DNA of 48,606 nt from Alphaproteobacteria bacterium (GTDB lineage: Bacteria > Pseudomonadota > Alphaproteobacteria > Rickettsiales > SXRF01), in contig JABDCD010000005.1 of NCBI GenBank assembly GCA_013288305.1, positions 1 to 48,606 on the forward strand. Direction: 5' to 3'. Below, piece after piece: positions 41,757-48,606 of this stretch (within the stretch, counting starts at the first letter, position 1; each line of letters opens with the position of its first letter). Position numbers and translations under genes: made by a program. The notes below the pieces were generated by a model. The model searched no databases and was not told the DNA's origin. It saw only the letters and a list, made by a program, of their open reading frames with translations.

Positions 41757-43022
41757 ATGCCCATAGAAATCCTCATGCCCGCCTTGTCGCCGACCATGAC
41801 CGAGGGCAATCTCGCCAAGTGGAACATCAAGGAAGGCGACAAGGTCAAGTCCGGGCAGGTCATTGCCGAGATCGAAACCGACAAGGCGACGATGGAAGTC
41901 GAAGCCGTCGATGAGGGTATTGTCGGCAAGCTCGCCGTCCCCGCCGGAACCCAGGGCGTCAAGGTTAATCAGCTGATCGCGCTGTTGCTGGAGGAGGGGG
42001 AGGATAAGAAGGCTCTCGAGGGATATAAGCCGAAAGCAGGGGGATTAGGGATTGGGGATTCGGGATTAGGTAACAAAGAAGAAAAGAAGGAATCCGCCGC
42101 CCAATCTTCTGCTGCTAACCTCCAATCCCCAATCCCCAATCCCCAATCCCGCGTTTTTGCGAGCCCGCTGGCAAAAAGAATCGCCGCCAACGAAGGTGTC
42201 TCCTTAAGCGGCGTAAGCGGCACCGGCCCGCATGGGCGCATCGTGAAGGACGACGTGCTGAAGGCAAAAAATTCAGGCGGCGGGGCGAGGGGCGCGGTCA
42301 TGCGCAATCCGAATGAATTCAGCAAGATTCCCAACAACAATATCCGCAAGGTGATTGCGCGGCGGCTGATCGAATCGAAGCAGAACGTGCCGCATTTTTA
42401 TCTGACGATCGAGTGCGAATTGAACAAGCTGCTCGATGTGCGCAAGGACATTAATTTCGAGGCCGAAGCCGCGGCGGGCAAGGACAAAAAACCGGTCTAC
42501 AAAGTATCGGTGAACGATTTCATCATCAAGGCCTCGGCGCTGGCACTGCGCAAGGTTCCGGCGGCCAATGCGTCGTGGAGCGACGAGGCGATTCTGCAAT
42601 ACAACAACGTCGATATTTCGGTGGCGGTGGCCATCGACGGCGGGCTGATTACGCCGATCGTGAAGAACGCCGACCAGAAAACGGTGGTGCAGGTGTCGAA
42701 CGAAATGAAAGACCTGGCGGCGCGCGCGCGGGCGAACAAGCTGGCGCCGGAGGAATTCCAGGGCGGCAGTTTCAGCATCTCCAACCTCGGCATGTACGGC
42801 GTCAAGCATTTCGCCGCCATCATCAACCCGCCGCAGGGCTGCATTTTAGCCGTGGGCGCGGGCGTTGACCGCGTCGTCGTCCGCCACGGCAAAATGGAAA
42901 TCCGCAACATGATGGAAGTGACGCTCTCGGTCGATCACCGCGTTGTCGACGGCGCGGTGGGCGCGGAGTTTTTGCAGGCGTTCAGGCACTATGTCGAGAG
43001 TCCGGCGCTGTTGTTGCTGTAG
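41757..43022 (+). CDS. pdhC: pyruvate dehydrogenase E2 dihydrolipoamide acetyltransferase
   Basis: MPALSPTM, IETDKATMEV, ASPLAKR and DHRVVDGA motifs. Confidence 0.97.
   Translation: MPIEILMPALSPTMTEGNLAKWNIKEGDKVKSGQVIAEIETDKATMEVEAVDEGIVGKLAVPAGTQGVKVNQLIALLLEEGEDKKALEGYKPKAGGLGIGDSGLGNKEEKKESAAQSSAANLQSPIPNPQSRVFASPLAKRIAANEGVSLSGVSGTGPHGRIVKDDVLKAKNSGGGARGAVMRNPNEFSKIPNNNIRKVIARRLIESKQNVPHFYLTIECELNKLLDVRKDINFEAEAAAGKDKKPVYKVSVNDFIIKASALALRKVPAANASWSDEAILQYNNVDISVAVAIDGGLITPIVKNADQKTVVQVSNEMKDLAARARANKLAPEEFQGGSFSISNLGMYGVKHFAAIINPPQGCILAVGAGVDRVVVRHGKMEIRNMMEVTLSVDHRVVDGAVGAEFLQAFRHYVESPALLLL
42040..42150. repeat. heptamer inverted-repeat hairpin (GGGGATT unit) inside the pdhC linker
   Basis: ggggatt agggatt ggggatt cgggatt ... 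ccaatcc x4. Confidence 0.9.
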
Positions 43023-43024
43023 GT

Positions 43025-43642
43025 ATGTGGAAGTCTTATTACAGCAAGTTTCTGGAACTCATTGAACCATTGCGTCAAAGTTCTGATGTGCAACGTTATT
43101 ATAAGTATTGCCAAAAAAACAAATTTTTTACACTGATTCTATTTATATTTTTAATTGGGATAGTTGTTGCAGCATGTTGGGGAAAAGAAGAAATTTTACC
43201 AACCTTCTTTGTGAGTTTAGTCAGCTTAATGGTAGTATATGGAAGTAGCCAAGATTCTAAAAATAAGTTGAGATTAGAGCTGTTTGAGAAACGTTATGAA
43301 ATATATGAAGAGCTTATAAAATTTTCTAGTCATACATTGCAAGAAGGAGAGATTGGAGTAGAGGCAGCAAACGCTGCATATCAATCTTTTAGAGGATTAA
43401 AATATCACAAATCTAAGTTTTTATTTGGCGATGATGTGAATAATTATTTTAACGAAATTAATGGTTGTTTTGCCACTATGAGTGCAGCAAGAGGAATAAT
43501 CCCCAGCGCTCCAGGTTTTCAGGAGTGGACTGATAAAAAATTTGAGAGCTTAAAAAAGATTATGCAAATTACGGATGTATGTCCGACCCTTTTTGCCCCT
43601 TACTTATATTTTGGTGACATTAAAAATAAAGGAAATATATGA
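43025..43642 (+). CDS. hypothetical membrane protein, very low GC
   Basis: 205 aa; two transmembrane segments, then KLRLELFEKRYEIY. Confidence 0.7.
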   Translation: MWKSYYSKFLELIEPLRQSSDVQRYYKYCQKNKFFTLILFIFLIGIVVAACWGKEEILPTFFVSLVSLMVVYGSSQDSKNKLRLELFEKRYEIYEELIKFSSHTLQEGEIGVEAANAAYQSFRGLKYHKSKFLFGDDVNNYFNEINGCFATMSAARGIIPSAPGFQEWTDKKFESLKKIMQITDVCPTLFAPYLYFGDIKNKGNI

Positions 43643-43682
43643 TCGACACTAACTGCGACATCGTCACCATTGGAAAATAACC

Positions 43683-43976
43683 ATGCCCCTGCTCGATGAA
43701 CTCCGCCGCAACCGCGAAAAAATCCTTGAGCTAGCCGCCGAGTGCGGGTTGAAGGACGTGCGCGTGTTCGGCTCGGTGGCGCGCGGCGAGGAGCGGCCTG
43801 ACAGCGACATCGATATTGTGGTCAAGCGTATCCCCGGGCCGCCCATGGGGCTTAAAACTTACGGATTCCCGGCGGCGCTGGAAGATATGTTTCATCGCCG
43901 GATTGATTTTGTCGTCGAGCCTACATTGCATTGGGTCATCCGCGATGAGGTATTGCAAGAGGCCAAGCCGATATGA
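43683..43976 (+). CDS. minimal nucleotidyltransferase (MNT) antitoxin
   Basis: VFGSVARGE..PDSDID motif. Confidence 0.9.
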   Translation: MPLLDELRRNREKILELAAECGLKDVRVFGSVARGEERPDSDIDIVVKRIPGPPMGLKTYGFPAALEDMFHRRIDFVVEPTLHWVIRDEVLQEAKPI

Positions 43977-44323
43977 AAGAGGAAAAACTGTACCTGAGAC
44001 ATATTGTGGAGGCATCCGGGCGAATCCAATCCTATGTAGCGCCAGGGAAATCCGAGTTTCTCCGTAATCAAATGATGCAGGATGCGGTGATCAAGGTATT
44101 GGCAAATGTGACCGAATCCATAGACAATTTGCATCAGGCGACCAAAGCCGCGCATTCCGACATGCCATGGAAAATGGTGAAGGCGCTTCGCAACGCGCTT
44201 GTGCATGAGTATTTGGGCGATTTGGAACTGGAGGAATTGTGGAAAATCATTCACGATGATTTGCCTGGTCTTGTCGATGCGGCAAAGAAAATTTTAAAGG
44301 AAAAATATGGAACAGAGCTTTGA
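43973..44323 (+). CDS. HEPN/DUF86 (HepT-like) RNase toxin
   Basis: RNALVHEY (R-x4-H-x-Y); 4-bp overlap with the MNT gene. Confidence 0.9.
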   Translation: MKEEKLYLRHIVEASGRIQSYVAPGKSEFLRNQMMQDAVIKVLANVTESIDNLHQATKAAHSDMPWKMVKALRNALVHEYLGDLELEELWKIIHDDLPGLVDAAKKILKEKYGTEL

Positions 44324-44347
44324 CGAAAATTCGGCGTTGCTGTTGTT

Positions 44348-44815
44348 ATGAAAAAAAGCGTGATGCGTAGATTTGCCGGATTCCTCATCATCGCGGCGAT
44401 GGCATCGTTATCGCCGAAACCGCTGGCGGCGGAGGAAGCGGCCAAGCCGGCGGAGGAATCGGCAAAAGAAAAGCCGGCAGCTTCAGCGGAGGCAAAGGAT
44501 TGCCTGTTCTATGAGCCGGGGGTGGTTGTGCTGAAGGGGCAGTTGCATCGCGCGGTTTCGCTATGGATGCTTGAATTGCGCGATCCGGTATGTATCGATA
44601 AGCGCGAAGATGATAAAATGAATTTCTATCCGGCGGCGGATGAAGTAAAAAATATTTTTTTCTGGCCAAGGAGGGGTGATTTACCCGATAAATATAAGGA
44701 GTTCCTGGATAAGGACGTGGTTGTGACCGGCACGCTTCATCATAAAAATACCGGCTCCAATAAGGGGCAGATCATGATGATGGTATCGCATATTGAGACG
44801 GCGAAAAAGGATTGA
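44348..44815 (+). CDS. secreted hypothetical protein (DUF4431-like)
   Basis: Signal peptide; CLFYEP.VVVLKG and VVVTGTL motifs. Confidence 0.65.
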   Translation: MKKSVMRRFAGFLIIAAMASLSPKPLAAEEAAKPAEESAKEKPAASAEAKDCLFYEPGVVVLKGQLHRAVSLWMLELRDPVCIDKREDDKMNFYPAADEVKNIFFWPRRGDLPDKYKEFLDKDVVVTGTLHHKNTGSNKGQIMMMVSHIETAKKD

Positions 44816-44819
44816 ACGT

Positions 44820-46220
44820 ATGAGCGAAACGAACTTTGACATCGTCATCATCGGCGGCGGCCCCGGCGGGTATGTGGCGGCGATACGCGCGGCGCAGCTG
44901 GGCATGAAAACCGCCGTCGTCGAGCGCGCGCATATGGGTGGTATTTGCCTCAACTGGGGATGCATTCCGACCAAGGCGTTGTTGCGTACATCAGAGCTTT
45001 ATCACCTGATGCATCGTGCAGAGGAATTCGGTTTGAAAGTCAGCGACATATCATTTGATTTTAAGAAAGTAGTTGAGCGTTCGCGGGGCGTCGCCGGGCA
45101 ATTATCCAGGGGCGTTTCCGGGCTGATGAAGAAGCATAAAATCACCGTCATCGACGGGCATGGAAAACTGGCGGGCAAGGGAAAAATTTCCGTTGAAAAG
45201 GATGGCAAAAAAGTCAGCGACTTGACTGCTAAATATATCATCCTCGCTACCGGTGCGCGGGCGCGGACATTGCCGGGATTGGAGCCGGACGGCAAATTAA
45301 TATGGACTTATAGAGAAGCGATGGTGCCGGAGGCGATGCCGAAATCGTTGCTGGTGGTGGGGTCGGGGGCGATCGGTATCGAGTTCGCCAGTTTCTACCG
45401 TACGATGGGCGCGGAAGTGACGGTGGTCGAGGTGATGGATCGCATCCTGCCGGTCGAGGATGAGGAGATTTCCAAATTCGCGCATAAGGCGTTCGAGAAG
45501 CAGAGCATGAAAATCATGACGGCGACCAATGTGAAGGCACTCAAGAAAAATAAAGATAGCGTGACGGCCACGCTGGAGGCGGCCGGCAAAACCAGCGACA
45601 TAACCGTCGATCGCGTCATTCTCGCCGTCGGCATCGTCGGCAATGTCGAGAATCTGGGGCTGGAGGGAACGAAGGTCAAAGTCGAAAAAACGCACGTCGT
45701 CGTCGATCAATGGTCGGCCACCGGCGAGCCGGGCGTTTATGCCATCGGCGACCTGACCGGCCCGCCGTGGCTGGCGCATAAGGCATCGCATGAAGGCGTG
45801 ATTTGCGTCGAGAAAATTGCGGGGCAAAAGGACGTGCATCCGCTCAATGTCAAAAACATTCCCGGCTGCACCTATTGCCAGCCGCAGGTGGCTAGCGTCG
45901 GCATGACCGAAAAAGCGGCGAAAGAAAAAGGCTACCAGGTGAAAGTCGGGCGCTTCCCGTTCATCGGCAACGGCAAGGCCATCGCGCTGGGCGAGCCGGA
46001 AGGCCTGGTCAAAACCGTATTCGACGCCAAGACCGGCGAGCTGCTTGGCGCGCATATGATTGGCGCGGAAGTGACAGAGTTGATCCAGGGCTATGCCATC
46101 GCCCGCACCGGCGAGTTGACGGAAGCCGAATTAATGCATACCGTCTTCCCGCATCCGACCTTGTCGGAAATGATGCATGAGAGCGTATTGGATGCGTATG
46201 GAAAAGTGGTGCATTTTTAG
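44820..46220 (+). CDS. lpdA: dihydrolipoyl dehydrogenase
   Basis: GGGPGGY, GGICLNWGCIPTK and HPTLSE motifs. Confidence 0.98.
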   Translation: MSETNFDIVIIGGGPGGYVAAIRAAQLGMKTAVVERAHMGGICLNWGCIPTKALLRTSELYHLMHRAEEFGLKVSDISFDFKKVVERSRGVAGQLSRGVSGLMKKHKITVIDGHGKLAGKGKISVEKDGKKVSDLTAKYIILATGARARTLPGLEPDGKLIWTYREAMVPEAMPKSLLVVGSGAIGIEFASFYRTMGAEVTVVEVMDRILPVEDEEISKFAHKAFEKQSMKIMTATNVKALKKNKDSVTATLEAAGKTSDITVDRVILAVGIVGNVENLGLEGTKVKVEKTHVVVDQWSATGEPGVYAIGDLTGPPWLAHKASHEGVICVEKIAGQKDVHPLNVKNIPGCTYCQPQVASVGMTEKAAKEKGYQVKVGRFPFIGNGKAIALGEPEGLVKTVFDAKTGELLGAHMIGAEVTELIQGYAIARTGELTEAELMHTVFPHPTLSEMMHESVLDAYGKVVHF

Positions 46221-47283
46221 TGATCACCCTGCGGGACGCGCAGCGTCAGCGCAGGACCCCTTTCAAATTGCACGAGATCCTGCGCCTCGCAGGCTCGCGC
46301 AGGATTATAGGGGTTTCACCCTCCTCGAAATGAGCATCGTGCTGGTCATCATCGCCGTGGTGGTGGGTGGCGGGATGACTATGTTCTCCGCCTCGCTGCA
46401 GAAACGCCAGTTCCAGGAAACGCAATTCAAATTGAAAGCCATCCAGAAAGCGCTGCTCGATTACCGTATGGCCAATAACCGTATTCCCTGCCCGGCGGAC
46501 GTGACGCTGGCGCTGACCGATACGAATTTCGGCGTCGAAGCGAGTACTGCCGGTGATTGCTATAGCACCGGCACCGTCAAGGCCAATTATAGAAATCTCG
46601 TTGCCCCGACCGGCACTACCCATACGACCACCACCGTCGACACCATGAGTTCGACCACCGGAATCAGCGCCGGTATGGCAATTTCAGGAAGCGGTATCCC
46701 GGTGGGAGATACCGTTGCCAGCGTGACCAATGGCACAACGATTGTATTGACTACGGCGGCGACGGCCTCAGCCGCAGGGGTTACGCTGACTTTCGTCGAT
46801 AATGTCCAAGGCATGGTACCCACCGTTACTCTTCGCCTGCCGGATGATTACGCCATCGACGGCTGGGGGCGGCGCATCATGTATGCTGTCGATGCCAGGT
46901 TTACCGCCACCAGTGCGCTGACGAGCACAGTCATACCCGCTACTGATGCCGGTTACAGGATGACCGTCAACGATGAGTCGGGAAATGCCAAAACCTACGC
47001 CGCGGCTTATGTGCTGGTCAGCTTCGGCCCCAACGGCCACGGTGCATTTCCGCGCAACGGCGCCGCCCTTAACGCGCGCATCAGTTCCGCCTCGGCCAAT
47101 ACCGATGAGCAAAAAAATTGTGATTGTAGCAGCGCCACCCCACCCGTTGCCGCCTCGACCAATGGCATCTTTGGCGTCTTTGTCCAGAAGCAGCCGACGC
47201 TGAATACTGCCAATGTGCTGGATTCCTTCGACGATATCGTCGCCTTCGGATCAAGGTCGGACCTACGCAGCCCGACGGAGTGA
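46198..47283 (+). CDS. prepilin-type N-terminal cleavage/methylation domain protein
   Basis: RG|FTLLEMSIVLVII, RIPCPAD, DGWGRRIMYAV and VSFGPNGHGA motifs; start uncertain (46177, 46192 or 46198). Confidence 0.85.
   Translation: MEKWCIFSDHPAGRAASAQDPFQIARDPAPRRLAQDYRGFTLLEMSIVLVIIAVVVGGGMTMFSASLQKRQFQETQFKLKAIQKALLDYRMANNRIPCPADVTLALTDTNFGVEASTAGDCYSTGTVKANYRNLVAPTGTTHTTTTVDTMSSTTGISAGMAISGSGIPVGDTVASVTNGTTIVLTTAATASAAGVTLTFVDNVQGMVPTVTLRLPDDYAIDGWGRRIMYAVDARFTATSALTSTVIPATDAGYRMTVNDESGNAKTYAAAYVLVSFGPNGHGAFPRNGAALNARISSASANTDEQKNCDCSSATPPVAASTNGIFGVFVQKQPTLNTANVLDSFDDIVAFGSRSDLRSPTE
46224..46308. repeat. palindromic element, ATCCTG family, copy 3
   Basis: ccctgcg-ggacgcgcagcgtcag-cgcagga ... 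atcctgcgcctcgcaggctcgcgcaggat. Confidence 0.8.
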
Positions 47284-47286
47284 GAA

Positions 47287-47889
47287 TTACGCCGCCCTCC
47301 GCCCGAACCACCCCTTGATCCGCCCCTTTGCCTTTTCGATTTTCATGACGTCTTCGATGCGGCGGGCGAGGAATGCCCAGATTTTTTCCTGGGCCGCGCT
47401 TTTGTCGTCGAGCCAATAAAGCAACGTCGCGGAATACACGCCCCCCAGCAACAGACGCTTGGTATAAAAATTGAAATCGGTGGAAATATCCCCGGCGGCG
47501 TACCACATCGCATCCACGGTATCATAAAGGCTTTTCAAGGCGCGGTGGGCGTAAAGCGGCATCGCCAGCAACGCCACCGTCCGCCGCACGGCCTCGCGGT
47601 GCGGCGTCAATAATTCGAGGCGCAGGCGTATGGCGGTGGTGATGCGCTCGCGGATTTTCATGTTCTCCAGATGATAACCGGAAAGCGCTTCCAGCATGGC
47701 ATGGTCGGTGGCGCGGATGAAGCTTTCGACGGCATCGATGGCGCCGCCGGGAAACACGCGGATGGCGTCGGTTTCCTTATAGCCTGCCGCTACGGCCGCC
47801 TTGGCCAGCGTCTGTGCGGTCCATCCCTCGAACGGCACGAGCGGCAATGCATGTACGAGTATGTCAGCGGCGGCTTGGGATTTGTTCAT
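47287..47889 (-). CDS. COQ9 family protein
   Basis: VPFEGW, FPGG, KIRERI and AGDISTDFNFYTKR motifs. Confidence 0.92.
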   Translation of the reverse strand: MNKSQAAADILVHALPLVPFEGWTAQTLAKAAVAAGYKETDAIRVFPGGAIDAVESFIRATDHAMLEALSGYHLENMKIRERITTAIRLRLELLTPHREAVRRTVALLAMPLYAHRALKSLYDTVDAMWYAAGDISTDFNFYTKRLLLGGVYSATLLYWLDDKSAAQEKIWAFLARRIEDVMKIEKAKGRIKGWFGRRAA

Positions 47890-47895
47890 ACAAAT

Positions 47896-47964
47896 AAATG
47901 TCAAATGTCAAAAAACAAATGTCAATAGATACATCGCCATTTGACATTTGATAATTGACATTTG
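47896..47964. repeat. heptamer inverted-repeat hairpin (AAATGTC unit)
   Basis: aaatgtc aaatgtc aaaaaac aaatgtc aa ... catttga catttga taattga catttg. Confidence 0.85.
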
Positions 47965-47966
47965 GC

Positions 47967-48606
47967 TTAGTTAGCCACCTGCAGATAATCCGCTGTTTTG
48001 ACGAGGGCGGCGCGGACGCAGTGTTTCGGCAGGTTGATGGTGACCGTGGTGCCGTCGCCGGGCTTGCTTTCGACGTTCACATTGCCGCCGTGCAGGGCGA
48101 CGAATTCGCGCGTCAGCGCCAGCCCCAGCCCGATGCTGCGGTTATTTCCCGCCGTCCAGCAATTATCTTCCTTGAGGGCGGTGACGATGGCGTCGAGCTT
48201 GACATCCGACATGCCCGAGCCGGCATCGTGCACGGTGAACAGCAGCCGCCCGCCGCCGGTTTTTTCGCAAGCGAGCGTGACGCGGCCGCCCTCGCGGCTG
48301 AATTTGATGGCGTTGGCGACGAGATGGCCAAGAATGTGCTGCAGCTTGAGCCGGTCGACATAGAGCAGCATGTCCACGTCGAGGGGAGGGGTTTCCAGTG
48401 CGACCTGGGCGGCATGGGCGTGGTGTTTCTGCGCGTCCGCCACCTGCCGCAGGATGTCGCCGGCATAGACTTCTTCGCGCGCAAGCTGGACGCGCCCGGC
48501 GTCGATGTCGGCGATTTCCAAAAGGTCTTCGATCTTGGCCAGCAGATCGTAGCCGCTTTCCTGGATGTGCTTGACGTATTCGATATATTGCGGATTTTCG
48601 ATCTTG
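47967..48606 (-). CDS. sensor histidine kinase, C-terminal part (PleC/DivJ-like); 5' end outside the window
   Basis: EYVKHIQESGYDLL, NAIKFS, DAGSGM and GLGLAL motifs. Confidence 0.88.
   Translation of the reverse strand, partial: KIENPQYIEYVKHIQESGYDLLAKIEDLLEIADIDAGRVQLAREEVYAGDILRQVADAQKHHAHAAQVALETPPLDVDMLLYVDRLKLQHILGHLVANAIKFSREGGRVTLACEKTGGGRLLFTVHDAGSGMSDVKLDAIVTALKEDNCWTAGNNRSIGLGLALTREFVALHGGNVNVESKPGDGTTVTINLPKHCVRAALVKTADYLQVAN

Noticed and set aside
39750-44819. Integron cassette array within the pdh cluster
   Set aside because: No repeated attC-like sites and no integrase.

Overview
Core-genome window of an alphaproteobacterium. A Rickettsiales-like or other deep lineage is my inference, based on the lipoyl-less PdhB, the absence of ylxR between nusA and infB, and interspersed low-GC orphans. 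It carries a truncated TPR/O-GlcNAc-transferase gene, tRNA-Val(CAC), icd, msrB, a Flp pilin plus a Cle-like regulator, rimP-nusA-infB-rbfA-truB-rpsO-pnp, parC, recO, aguB/aguA, cobB, trpE, a PpiD-like chaperone, tpiA-secG-pyrG-kdsA, eno-ftsB, and a pdhA-pdhB-pdhC-lpdA cluster interleaved with HicAB and MNT-HEPN toxin-antitoxin pairs. I found no CRISPR array, transposase or integrase. The unexplained structure is in small DNA elements. (1) At least three kinds of palindromic element are translated inside or at the ends of housekeeping genes (truB, recO, aguB, tpiA end, pdhC linker, prepilin leader), reminiscent of Rickettsia palindromic elements. (2) Four hairpins share one architecture (about 4 x 7-mer, spacer, about 4 x reverse-complement 7-mer) but each uses a different heptamer. 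(3) A roughly 250-290 bp composite intergenic element occurs twice, 30 kb apart: a TTCCCG-N17-TAnnCT promoter-like motif, a CtrA-like box, a TTGACATTT doublet and a helically phased 10/11-bp array. All calls were made by eye without database searches.
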